Shown here piece after piece: positions 1-10,300 of a DNA stretch of 26,094 bases; positions within the stretch are counted from its first letter, which is position 1; the number at the start of each line of letters is the position of its first letter. The notes below the pieces were generated by a model. That model made no database searches. It was given only the letters and a program-made list of their open reading frames with translations, and was not told the DNA's origin. The position numbers were made by a program, and so were the translations under genes. Source of the DNA: an uncultured virus (IMG/VR IMGVR_UViG_3300033142_001620) (Duplodnaviria > Heunggongvirae > Uroviricota > Caudoviricetes); IMG/VR virus record IMGVR_UViG_3300033142_001620; one strand, 5' to 3'.

Positions 1-1200
1 CATGTTGTACCTTTGTCGCATGAACGTCTTAGTCATTACCGATTCATTCTCTTTCATCCTTGCAAGAGTAATCACAGCGAGGTCGTGATAATACAATGCT
101 GGGTTGTCAGGGGCGAATGTTTGTGTGTGAGAACCAAACTCAAAGTATGTTGCAAAGTTGCCACTGATCTCAATTTGCATCTGCAATGACTTATTCAGAA
201 CCATAAAAACTCCACCTGCCAATGAAGCCTCAGGAACAACTAATCCAAAGCTTTCTTCTCTTGTTGGGAAGATAAATAGGTTGGAACACTGAAATAGTTC
301 TCTCAGCATTTCTTTTGGAATGCCAACGTCAAACTTTGGTGATTCAAAATCTGAAGTAAAAGCAAATTCCTTCTGGTCAATCAATCCATTTTTCATTGCG
401 TGTGTTCGATATACATTGGTGTCTTCTTTCTGCTGCTTTCCGGTCGCCCATTGATTTGCAATAACAAGAAAGACCGATTTTCCTTGAATCTTCATCTCAG
501 CAAATATGGTCATAACTTCTTTGACTCGCTTGGAAGATAGTCTATCAACTGAAGCAGGAAGAACCTGAACAACGTCTGCTTGCATTATCGCAGGGTACCT
601 ATCAATGAATCTGCAAGTGTCTTCATTAAAATCAAAGAACGTCCTCAAATCCTTTATATGTGGGATAATTCTAACATCTTCAGAAAATCCCCTGAACTGT
701 TCCGCAACTCTGATTCTGTCTGTATTGTTTGGGAAGACAAGCTTGTGATTGGGACCATACTGCTTAATATACCACCAATCTGACATAACACTTGGCACTG
801 AATGTATCCAATGCAGCCAGCGTAAATTAGGAAGGCTTATAGTAGCTTGCTTACATGCTTGTCCATATATCATAAACCATCCTGTAAACACGAAATCATG
901 CGTGAAAGCGAAGTCAAAATCTGCTAACTCCTCAACTAAATTCTTCCTGCATTGCTCAATAATCCCCTTATGTTCATCGGTGATGTCATTGATAGATTTA
1001 TAATCTATTAAATGAGCAAAAGGGATACTTTTGTGAAGTGTGACAGATTCATCAAACTCTTCCCCATTGTATCCTGAATTTACAAACAGATGAACGTCAT
1101 GCCCAAACCTTGATAACATAATAGCTTGGTCTTTTACAATTCCTGTTAAGGAATACCCCGGTTGAAACTCCATAAAATTTGTGAGTAGTGCAATCTTCAT
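1..1200 (-). CDS. Glycosyltransferase family 4 (GT-B fold); 3' end lies outside the window
   Basis: Translated by hand (not in the ORF track). ATG at 1200 follows an AAGGAG RBS and the frame is open to the window edge: MKIALLTNFMEFQPGYSLTGIVKDQAIMLSRFGHDVHLFV...SNLFIFPTREESFGLVVPEASLAGG. The N-terminal MKIALL...GHDVHLF pattern and the C-terminal FIFPTxxExFGLVxxEA (EX7E-type) motif are typical of GT4. Confidence 0.9.
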   Translation of the reverse strand, partial: MKIALLTNFMEFQPGYSLTGIVKDQAIMLSRFGHDVHLFVNSGYNGEEFDESVTLHKSIPFAHLIDYKSINDITDEHKGIIEQCRKNLVEELADFDFAFTHDFVFTGWFMIYGQACKQATISLPNLRWLHWIHSVPSVMSDWWYIKQYGPNHKLVFPNNTDRIRVAEQFRGFSEDVRIIPHIKDLRTFFDFNEDTCRFIDRYPAIMQADVVQVLPASVDRLSSKRVKEVMTIFAEMKIQGKSVFLVIANQWATGKQQKEDTNVYRTHAMKNGLIDQKEFAFTSDFESPKFDVGIPKEMLRELFQCSNLFIFPTREESFGLVVPEASLAGGVFMVLNKSLQMQIEISGNFATYFEFGSHTQTFAPDNPALYYHDLAVITLARMKENESVMTKTFMRQRYNM

Positions 1201-1241
1201 TTTTCATTCTCCTTTCTTCATTAAGGTTAATAATGATTGTG

Positions 1242-2360
1242 TTAATAAGTAAACCCAAGTGGTCCCATTACTGCCCCACTATTAAGAACAAAATTATCTA
1301 CATATATTGTTCCTGTAACATAATTATAAAAACTTGTATCTCCTGTCATTCTTGTATATACTCTCTCAGAACGCCATGAAGAGTATTCATCAGGTTCCCA
1401 TTCAGGAGAATCAAAGGTGGAAGATTCCCATAATTCTCCATCAACATAAAATCTACTATATCCATTTTGGTCTACAGATATTCTTAAATTACAAGAAAGA
1501 ATTCCAGATGGGTAAACTTCCTGTTTTACAATATATGCATTTTCTCCATATTTACCAAGAACAGCTTCCAATTTCCATTCATCAGTATTACTATAATAAA
1601 CAAACTGAAATCTTACCATTTGTGCATAATTTGAGGCGCTTGGAGCAACAGAAGACTGTCTGACAGTCTGTATAGAAAAAGAAAATATATTTGAATAAAC
1701 ATCTTCTACTATAGAAGCATCTATGTCAACATCAATATTAGCTTCTATTGCTCCAACAACATACCAATTTGAAAAAATATCAACACCTTCATTATACTCC
1801 GAAAAAATACCCAAATAAAGTCTGTTGTCGTCTATGTATGGTTTTGCATTATAAGAGTTTGTCCCCCATCTTGAATTAGAAGGATACTCTTCATCCTCAC
1901 CAATAAAATCATCATTCACAACAAATAAAACTTCTCTTGCTATGTAAGTAACAAAAAGAACCGACCTCTCAACTCCTTGTGCATGTTGTATAGAAGAAAA
2001 ACCTCTTTGTCCACTTGAACTAACATCCTCAATAATTAATACTATAGAATTATCTTGTGCCCAACCCTCTCTATCAATTATAGTCTGTAATATATCTGTC
2101 AAGTCAGGAGTATCATATGTATTACCATCAGTCCATCCTTCTAATGAACTCCAAGAAACCCAATCTGTCAAGCTAAGGGCTTGTAATTGAGCATAAGTAG
2201 ATGGTGCACCCGGATTATCAGCATTGACAAAAGCACACCTCAAATCCACAGGAGTATCAGACTTATTAGAATATGCAGTAAATCTAACAAAGACATTAGA
2301 CACTTCTGAATAATTTGGTATTGTTATATTTCTAAATCTTATAAATGCTCTGTTTGCCAT
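1242..2360 (-). CDS. Putative tail/virion protein; N-terminal beta-sandwich (DNRLRE-like) domain and C-terminal lectin-like beta domain
   Basis: 372-aa ORF with a GGAAGG RBS. FIRFRNITIP...VFVRFTA...YDTPDLTDILQTIIDREGW resembles beta-sandwich domains of virion and surface proteins. It lies directly after the tail-tip gene. Confidence 0.6.
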   Translation of the reverse strand: MANRAFIRFRNITIPNYSEVSNVFVRFTAYSNKSDTPVDLRCAFVNADNPGAPSTYAQLQALSLTDWVSWSSLEGWTDGNTYDTPDLTDILQTIIDREGWAQDNSIVLIIEDVSSSGQRGFSSIQHAQGVERSVLFVTYIAREVLFVVNDDFIGEDEEYPSNSRWGTNSYNAKPYIDDNRLYLGIFSEYNEGVDIFSNWYVVGAIEANIDVDIDASIVEDVYSNIFSFSIQTVRQSSVAPSASNYAQMVRFQFVYYSNTDEWKLEAVLGKYGENAYIVKQEVYPSGILSCNLRISVDQNGYSRFYVDGELWESSTFDSPEWEPDEYSSWRSERVYTRMTGDTSFYNYVTGTIYVDNFVLNSGAVMGPLGFTY

Positions 2361-2371
2361 TTTTTCCTTCC

Positions 2372-5300
2372 TTACATAGTTCCAGAATATATTTGGTTTC
2401 TAATTGCATCTATTGCATCTCCATCAAGCACTCTATCAAATACAACAAATTCATCCATATTACCATCTACTCCAAAAGTAGAATATCTGCCTATCTGCAA
2501 TAAAGAATTTTCCACATTAATATTATTTACAAATGTTCCACTGTCTGTGTATAAATCCTCTCCACTATCATCCCACAATCGTGCTGTCCATGCTTTTGTA
2601 GAATCATCTAAAGTTAAACCAACATGATACCATATATTATTATTAATATTGCCATTAAACAACTGCACAGTTTCGCCACTGTTCCCAAAATTATAACCAA
2701 TCTGAAAAAATATATAATTGCTAGTTGAAGTTAACCCACCTACACGAACACTAAATTTTCCTGTATCATATTTAGAGTAAATATAAAAAGCATCATTATC
2801 TGTATGTTTAAACCAAAAACACATAGTAAATTTTTTATTTGTGTCCCCACTCTTCAAAGGAAATCCAGAATCCAAATCTGCATCCGCTATAGTGAACAAT
2901 TGACTTCCTGTTGGAAAGCTTGCAGAACAACCTCCTTGTTTATAATCACTTGTATCTTCTACGACATTGCTGTTTGTTAAAGTATTAGTTCCTTTTGAAT
3001 CTGTTATTAAAGCACCAGAATCAAAATTCCATACAGCCTTACAACTTGAATCACTTGAAAAATCATTTTGGGGAGGCTCTGTAGTTGAAGTGGTTGAAGC
3101 CGTTGAGCTTGAACTGGTACTTGAATGTGTGGTGCTGGTTGTTGAAGCTGTTGAGCTTGAACTGCTGGTTGTTGAAGCCGTTGAGCTTGAACTGGTACTT
3201 GAATGTGTGGTGCTGGTTGTTGAAGCTGTTGAAGCTGTTGAGCTTGAGCTACTGGTTGTTGAAGCTGTACTGGTTGTTGAAGCTGTTGAGCTTGAGCTAC
3301 TGGTTGTTGAAGCTGTACTGGTTGTTGAAGCCGTTGAGCTTGAACTGGTACTTGAATGTGTGGTGCTGGTTGTTGAAGCTGTTGAGCTTGAACTGGTACT
3401 TGAATGTGTGGTGCTGGTTGTTGAAGCCGTTGAGCTTGTAGAACTCGAACTTGCTGTCGTGCTTGTAGAACTCGAAGTTGTGGTAGTTGTAGTTGAATAA
3501 GTATTACACTGATACAATTCTAATTCACAGATAGTTGCATATTCTCCAGCGGCATTACCATTAACATACAATCTCCAATGCCTATAAGCAGTTCCATTCT
3601 CAAACCACCATGTTTTTGTTTCATCTGAAGACCAACTGATGCTTGTATGACTTAACAGAGTAACTTCTTCACCACCAAACTCTCCTGTAGCTGAAGCTTT
3701 TAAGTCATATGAAGTTGGATGATAAGTGTGTTGAGTATCATTCGTCTTTATTACAATCTTACCAATTGTTCTTGCAATTGGCATTTCAATATTAATCCAT
3801 TGCGGGAATCCAGAAGCTTCGGACTTCCAATAACTATCTATATCTTCATCAATTGCATCTGGCGCCTCATGTCCTAACTCATCTGAAGAAGCTGTTGCAA
3901 CTGCTCCTGCACATCTATTATAAATTTCATATCCTATATCACAAGGATTAATTGTTGTTGTTGTAGTTCCACTTGCAGTCGTTGATGTAGTGGAGGAGGA
4001 AGTGCTTGTGCTAGTGGTTGTGGTTGTGTGTGTTGTAGAAGTTGTTGAAGCTGTTGAACTGGTAGTTGAAGCTGTTGAGCTTGTGGTACTAACTGTGGTA
4101 TGTGTGGAACTTGTCGTTGAAACTGTTGATGTCGTAGAGGAGGTAGAAACTGCTCCCCCTGTCTCACCCATAATATTTTCATTTACAGTATTATAAAAGA
4201 AAGTGCTTAAACTAAAACCATCATCAGAAGCAACTAAAGTATAAAAAGAACCTTCATAAGTAATTGCATCAGAAGTTGCCTCAAAGGACAACAAAAGTTT
4301 CATACTTGACTTTGATGTTTGTATCTTTCCTAAAACTCTAAACTGATTTACTATTCTCGACACCAATTTTAATAAAGCTAAATCAAGAACATCATCACTT
4401 GTGAAAGAAAAAGCAATAACATCTCCAATTTCCATTTCTGATAAGTAAAGACCTCCCTCTAATTCTATTTGTATTTTTGGTTTTTTCTTATTTACCTTTA
4501 AATCATTAAGACAAACTAAAGCAGTTCCACCATCATTTATATAAGGATACTCTATTTGTTCTGCTGTTAAAGTACCATAATCAGTAATACTATCATTATC
4601 TTGAATTTCAATAGCATCTGTAAAAAGCTCAACTCCTTGTCTATTTGCAGCAGTCCATTCCCTATCAAAGACAGCAGTAAATTTATTCTTGATATAAGTT
4701 CTATTTGTATAGCTAACCTTTATTGAACTTAGATCAATTCGATTTGCAATAAGTTCCTTGTCTGTTGTTTCTTCTCGTTCAATGAATCTAAGATGGTGCT
4801 GTCCTGCTTCCCAAAAAACAAGGGAACGTGATTGTCTTGCTATGTCATAGACTAAATCAGGAATAACAGGGGGATTCAATAAAACAACTGCTTGATTCAT
4901 AAAGTACGTTGAATACCTTGCTCCTGAAGCATTATAAGAAGTTGTGTTTATTCTATTAGAAGATAAACTACATCTTTCCACAAGAATATGTTTTAATATT
5001 CGGTCAGGTCTTTCAATTAAAGAATCTTCAGTACCATAATCACCAGAATCATCAGCAGGTTGTCCTTGAACATCAGCACAGACCAAACCACCAATGACTG
5101 TATCTGCAACACTATTTCCTGTTAAAGTAACTGTTCCTGTTTTTTCTGCATCACCTGTTTTTGTTGCACCTCCTGACTTATAAGCTGAACCAGATTTATT
5201 TGCTATTGCATTATATTCAACCACTTTATAACAATCAAATACCCAAACCTCTCCAGAACAATTTAAACGAATACTGGAACTCCAACCACCACCAGTACAA

Positions 5301-6664
5301 ACAACACGCATCCAATCGCCATGGGACATGTAACCAGAAACAACTAAACTGCCACTCGCAGAACTAAGACTAATATGACAATACCCTGAATCAAAACTTT
5401 GAAGGTAAACAAAGATTGTTTGACTAACAATTGTGCCATAATTAACAGAAGAAAAACCAAAAGAAGTGACTCCTACTGGCAAACGATAAGCTGTTTGCAT
5501 ACTTCCATCACGACCAGAAGCGGGACCAGAAATAGGATAACTGTTTTTTGTTGTTCCCCCCACAGAAAGACCAATATTATCATTAACTCCTATACCATCA
5601 TTCACATCAATAGTATCATCCACATCAATTGTATCAACAGCTTCTATATTTATTTGTTTGTTTATAAAAGGAAGAAGATTAAACTCAATTACCCCTTTTC
5701 CCGGATAGCTTGCATGTTCATCTCCTGTTTGCCCAGTATAGATAGTATAAACGTCTGAAGACTGTCTAACAAACTCGCCTGACGATCTATGCTCAACATA
5801 AACAGCAGGAACAGCTACAATTGGATGGTCGATAATATAGTAATAATTGGATTGTATTTCCGCTACTGTTGCAGAAGGGTCATGTTCTGAAGCATCTGTA
5901 CCATCCACGCCTCTTGTACAACCTATAAACTGTGTTGTTGTCTTTCCTGTGTAATCTATTTTTTCAGCATCTATCTGAATAGTTCCAGTAGTAGGGAACA
6001 AACTTGCATCTGTAACATCAATTATTGTTTCCGAGACATCCAAATCTTCGGTAGTTGTTGTCATAGAACCAACATCTACTGCTATAAATGGAACTTTCTT
6101 CGCTTCACCATAAACTGCTGGAAGCATTTTTCCAACTTCATCAGGATCAGCTCCGGGATAATTGGAAAAAGAAACTATTGTGTGTTCAAATGAAGCTAAT
6201 ATTGATAAGTCATAGCCTATACAAGTAATACCAACAGATTCTTGTTTCATTGCAGGAAAGTCTTCGATCTTTCCTTCCCATTCAGTTATTTCATCTCCTG
6301 CAATTGTTGCTCCATTAAATATCTGGGATATAGTTACGATTGCTTTGTGTGGTCTATAAGTAGGAAAAATAGAAGTGAAACAATCAAAATCTCCAACAGG
6401 TGGTTTATTATCAATACTGAAACTTGCTTGACCCGGAGAGTACTTAAACGTAATTGGATTTATTCTTCCTTGGTCAATATTTCCCCATGAAAGAATTAAT
6501 GGCTCATATATCTGTCCATTGAATATACATTTACTACCTAAATCCCCCCAAGCCCTATCACACAGATATAGAATCAATCCACCAAAATCAATTTTGACCA
6601 ATCTTATTAAGTCAACATGGGGGTTATCCATTGCAACTTGATTAAATGAGCTAAGTGTTTTCAC
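2372..6664 (-). CDS. Tail tip/hub-adhesin: hub region, Ser/Thr tract, F5/8 type C (discoidin/CBM32-like) domain, Ser/Thr tract, LamG-like domain
   Basis: 1430 aa, GTG start overlapping the upstream TGA (GTGA). It follows the tape measure and Dit-like genes. LPAVYG and CTRGVDGTDASEH are tail motifs. ATASS...AIDEDIDSYW...PQWINIE...YRHWRLYV...ICELELY is discoidin-like. AVWNFD...FTMCFWFK...WYHVGLT...GNMDEFVVFDRVL is LamG-like. Confidence 0.8.
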   Translation of the reverse strand: MKTLSSFNQVAMDNPHVDLIRLVKIDFGGLILYLCDRAWGDLGSKCIFNGQIYEPLILSWGNIDQGRINPITFKYSPGQASFSIDNKPPVGDFDCFTSIFPTYRPHKAIVTISQIFNGATIAGDEITEWEGKIEDFPAMKQESVGITCIGYDLSILASFEHTIVSFSNYPGADPDEVGKMLPAVYGEAKKVPFIAVDVGSMTTTTEDLDVSETIIDVTDASLFPTTGTIQIDAEKIDYTGKTTTQFIGCTRGVDGTDASEHDPSATVAEIQSNYYYIIDHPIVAVPAVYVEHRSSGEFVRQSSDVYTIYTGQTGDEHASYPGKGVIEFNLLPFINKQINIEAVDTIDVDDTIDVNDGIGVNDNIGLSVGGTTKNSYPISGPASGRDGSMQTAYRLPVGVTSFGFSSVNYGTIVSQTIFVYLQSFDSGYCHISLSSASGSLVVSGYMSHGDWMRVVCTGGGWSSSIRLNCSGEVWVFDCYKVVEYNAIANKSGSAYKSGGATKTGDAEKTGTVTLTGNSVADTVIGGLVCADVQGQPADDSGDYGTEDSLIERPDRILKHILVERCSLSSNRINTTSYNASGARYSTYFMNQAVVLLNPPVIPDLVYDIARQSRSLVFWEAGQHHLRFIEREETTDKELIANRIDLSSIKVSYTNRTYIKNKFTAVFDREWTAANRQGVELFTDAIEIQDNDSITDYGTLTAEQIEYPYINDGGTALVCLNDLKVNKKKPKIQIELEGGLYLSEMEIGDVIAFSFTSDDVLDLALLKLVSRIVNQFRVLGKIQTSKSSMKLLLSFEATSDAITYEGSFYTLVASDDGFSLSTFFYNTVNENIMGETGGAVSTSSTTSTVSTTSSTHTTVSTTSSTASTTSSTASTTSTTHTTTTTSTSTSSSTTSTTASGTTTTTINPCDIGYEIYNRCAGAVATASSDELGHEAPDAIDEDIDSYWKSEASGFPQWINIEMPIARTIGKIVIKTNDTQHTYHPTSYDLKASATGEFGGEEVTLLSHTSISWSSDETKTWWFENGTAYRHWRLYVNGNAAGEYATICELELYQCNTYSTTTTTTSSSTSTTASSSSTSSTASTTSTTHSSTSSSSTASTTSTTHSSTSSSSTASTTSTASTTSSSSSTASTTSTASTTSSSSSTASTASTTSTTHSSTSSSSTASTTSSSSSTASTTSTTHSSTSSSSTASTTSTTEPPQNDFSSDSSCKAVWNFDSGALITDSKGTNTLTNSNVVEDTSDYKQGGCSASFPTGSQLFTIADADLDSGFPLKSGDTNKKFTMCFWFKHTDNDAFYIYSKYDTGKFSVRVGGLTSTSNYIFFQIGYNFGNSGETVQLFNGNINNNIWYHVGLTLDDSTKAWTARLWDDSGEDLYTDSGTFVNNINVENSLLQIGRYSTFGVDGNMDEFVVFDRVLDGDAIDAIRNQIYSGTM
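3080..3496 (-). repeat. Coding tandem repeat: 139-aa Ser/Thr tract with four copies of TASTTSTTHSSTSSSS (48 nt) plus shorter TASTTS units
   Basis: Near-identical DNA units (gttgagcttgaactggtacttgaatgtgtggtgctggttgttgaagc) recur on the plus strand. Confidence 0.95.
3953..4147 (-). repeat. Low-complexity 65-aa Ser/Thr tract in the tail-tip protein
   Basis: STSSTTSTVSTTSSTHTTVSTTSSTASTTSSTASTTSTTHTTTTTSTSTSSSTTSTTASGTTTTT. Confidence 0.9.
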
Positions 6665-7398
6665 AGTTTTTCAATTACCTCTATTGTTATGGGAGTAGTT
6701 CCGGGAGTTAAATATTTCTCTGTTGGGTCATTTACTAAACGACACATCCAAACTTCCCCCTCATGGTCTTCAATATAGAATGGCTTTGACCCTTCGTCTA
6801 AATCATCCATTGCAGTACGAAAAGCAGCCAAGTTTGCAGCGTCTAAGAATAGACTATATTTTCTTTTTCTCTTCCTATCACCATATTTTGTAGAGCGTTC
6901 AATGCCACCAACAGACTCCTTCCAAACAACATTCGTTCTTTTTGTTCCGTTTGGTGGGTCATCAAATCTCACTTGGAACTCATGCCCATAAGACATAAAC
7001 ATTTCCGTACATTGTGCCACAACTGCGGTGGATAATACTACCCGCCAATATCTTTTTGTAAGATGTGTTGAAAGCGTTTTAACTATTTGTAAAGCATCCC
7101 CTTGAGTCCAATCAACCACAACATCAAACCAATCGGAATTATTAGTAGACCATTGCCATTGAAGATCACTTCCATTAAAATTATGTCCTGCAATAAATAA
7201 AGCATCTATATCTTTAATGGGAGAAGCTCCTTGGTCAACATGAAAATTCACTGTAGCCTCCTGAGAGTCCTCTTTCCAATAAAGACTTATATCTCTGTCA
7301 TGCAATCGAGATTCAGGGAAGCCACTTTCTGCATCCCCTGTAACAGTGAATGTTCCTGTCTCTAAAATATTTCTTGTGTATAATTTTATTTTCGCCAT
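6661..7398 (-). CDS. Distal tail (Dit)-like protein with an N-terminal discoidin-like domain
   Basis: 245 aa immediately after the tape measure gene with a TAATG overlap. Beta-rich, with KRYWRVVL and PFYIED motifs. Confidence 0.6.
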   Translation of the reverse strand: MAKIKLYTRNILETGTFTVTGDAESGFPESRLHDRDISLYWKEDSQEATVNFHVDQGASPIKDIDALFIAGHNFNGSDLQWQWSTNNSDWFDVVVDWTQGDALQIVKTLSTHLTKRYWRVVLSTAVVAQCTEMFMSYGHEFQVRFDDPPNGTKRTNVVWKESVGGIERSTKYGDRKRKRKYSLFLDAANLAAFRTAMDDLDEGSKPFYIEDHEGEVWMCRLVNDPTEKYLTPGTTPITIEVIEKL

Positions 7399-10300
7399 TA
7401 GCTACCCCACCTATCATCTAATTCGTTAAGTACTCGTTTAAGTTCTGGTGCCATGTTCCTCATTGCCATTTCATCTCCTGTCATAAATTGAGGAGAGAAA
7501 GTTACATTATAAATTTTAGTTCCACCTCCACTTCCACTTTCTTCACCGACTGTAGAACCTCCTGCTTGAAATTTATGTACAGGTGGATTAATAAATCCTC
7601 CCATCTTTTTCATAGCTCCACCAAGCAAATCCTGAACATCAAAATTCAGATTATTTAATGCTGCAAACATAGCTGAGCCATATTTTTGCACAGCTTCCTT
7701 TCTTATGACCCATTCTCCTGCTTCCAGTAAAGCTCTTACTTTATCCCCTCCCCCAAATCCGGGAAGCTTTGCTCCTCTTTTGGCTTTTACTACGCCTCCT
7801 GTTTTTCCTTCAGGAGCAATATCGGGACCAGAATCAAACTTCCCTCCACTTTGGTCATTAACTTTTATAGTTAGTGTTATGACTTTGCTTTCAAGTGCAT
7901 CCCATTTAGATTTGAACTTCGTAACAATATCATGTGCCTCACCAATACTTTGAAGTGCTTGCTCCATCTTTAACTGAAGTTCTTTTTTACTTACCTCATC
8001 AATAGCTTCCCCATATTGTTTAACAAGACCTTCAAGTTCTGTTATATCCTTTTTTATGGTATCCATCTGGTGTTCTCTCTCGGCAATCTCCTTACGAACA
8101 AGCTTCATTTGCTCACCATGAATCTCGGTCATAAGCTTCTGAGACAAACGAGTGGTTTCTTCCATACTCTTTACAACATTTCCTTGTTCATCCTCTATCT
8201 CTTTGCCAAGACTCTTTGCAAGATCAAAAGCTTTCTTCCATGTATCCTCATCGTTTGTTGTTCTCGCTTCGTTCATCAAACGATTTAACTCTTTTCTATC
8301 ATCATACCATTTTTCCTCTTCGGTCATTGTCTTTTGCTTGGACTCTCGTATGGCATCATTATAACTTTCTTCGAGTGATTTCAGGTCATCCATGAGCTTT
8401 TCAACTTCGGTCTTTAGCTCATCATATTTGCTCTTCAGTTGATTTATTAAATCTTCTGCCATTTTCTTATGCAGTTCCCTCAACTTATCAACAAGTTTTT
8501 TCTGTTCTACCTGTATTCTCTCATTATGTACTTTCTGAATCCCCTCAATGGATTTGGTTCTTTCCTTTGTTGCCTCTACAATAGCAAGGTCAAATTTCTC
8601 CTGTGCATCTTTTAGTTTGTCAAAATTCCCTTCCGCAAGCTCATGTTCTTTTTGGTATGTGTTCTGAATCTTCTTTGTCCTTTCACTATATACCCTATCA
8701 ACTTCAATCAGGTACGCATCCAATATCTCTACCTTCTTTTTAGACAACTCTTCCTCAGACAAAACATCCTTATAATTGTCTTCAACAAACTTCAATAGAT
8801 GTCTTGCTTTAATCGCTGCCATAGTTGCATACCCTAATTCAGTTACACCTTCCATGTCCTTGTGCTTCTTCTTTGCAGCGGCAACCTCATCATCCATTGA
8901 TTTAATTGCTTTCAAAAAATCAGCCTTTCTCATATCATCCATCTCTTCATAGAATGTGACAAACAATTTTGGCATTTCCTCTGCGGCATTTCCGTATCTT
9001 TTTTCAAGTTCTTCTAAGGAAAGCACTTGGTCATCAAAAACATCACTTATTTTTTCTATTTGTTCTGTCGTTGCCCCCATCTTTTTTAATTCTTCTGTTA
9101 CCTGTTTTGTTGTCTTTCCTGCCTCCTTCATTGTTTCCGAAACATTGCGAAGAGCCTGTAATCGCCTTCCTTCTATTTTAAGTGCCTCTTTAGACTCCTT
9201 GCCCAAGTCAGAATAATATGCTTTCATATTCCCAACTAAATTATCAAAGGTGTCTGCTATGTCATCCAATTCAGAACCAATGGCTTTCCCTACGAATGGG
9301 ATTTTTCGTGCCAATTCTCCAAAAAAATGAAAAATACTTCCCCATATCTTACCAACACCCTCAAGAAACCAAGCGACCCCTTCCCCCAACTTTCTAATTC
9401 CAATTGCCACAAATTCTAATAGTCCCGCTTTTATTCTTGCTTCTTCGGCTGCCTTTGTATAAAGCTTAACTAATTTTGTGGTCTCCTCTATATTTTTTTG
9501 TGCCTCTCTTCCTAATGCTTCCTCTACCGCTTCACGATTTTTCTCAAAAGCTTCGGTAGATAATTCTATTTGGTCTTTTAAATCTGGGTAGCTTTCCCTT
9601 AGTCTCTTTAAAACAGTAATATATTCGGTGTCTATTTTTTTACCTTCATCTCTCTTCTTTGATATAACATCCAATGCCGAAGAATAAACCTTCAAAGCAT
9701 GTACGTTGTTTGTTGTTTCCTGAGTGAGTTTAACCGTCTCATCAATCGCTCTTTGTGTTGACCCTAAAAAGTGATTTATTGCTCCGACAACAACCCCTAC
9801 CCCAACAGCAATGGCAAGAAAAGGATGAGCAGCCATTATTCCCCAAAGTCTCGAAAACACAGTGCCCATTGTTCCAGAAATAGCAGCAGACAAACCAATT
9901 GCTCTATTCATAGCAATAAATTCGCTTACTAATACTCCCATAACTAATTTTGTTCCGGTAAATATTTTTGATAAAAGAAGTGCCTTTACTCCTAAAAAAA
10001 CAAACGCTTTGGATAATAAATATGTTGCACCAGTAACAGCACCCATACTAATAATTAACTGACCTATTCCACTTCTCAGAAAAGTCTGAATGGCAATTGT
10101 TGCTCCTTTTAATACTTGAACCAAAATCCTTAGAGAATTAGTAACTCCTCCCTCTCCTAATGTTACCGCTATTAGTTTTGCCCTATCCACTAAATTCTTA
10201 AAAGCAACCCCTAAACCTTCCATTTGCTTTGCAGCCATAGAAGCTGCTGTACCTACTTCATACGTTTTATCAAGCATATCTTGAAAACCCTTACCAGCAA

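Noticed and set aside
3080..3496. Possible CRISPR array
   Set aside because: The repeats are contiguous, in-frame coding units with no unique spacers, and there are no cas genes.
2967..3500. Plus-strand ORFs of 177 and 118 aa (VVEAVELEL and LLKLLSL repeats)
   Set aside because: They are antisense shadows of the Ser/Thr repeat, with no RBS or independent coding signal.
1242..6664. Diversity-generating retroelement target in the tail genes
   Set aside because: No reverse transcriptase and no adenine-variant TR/VR pair was seen in the window.
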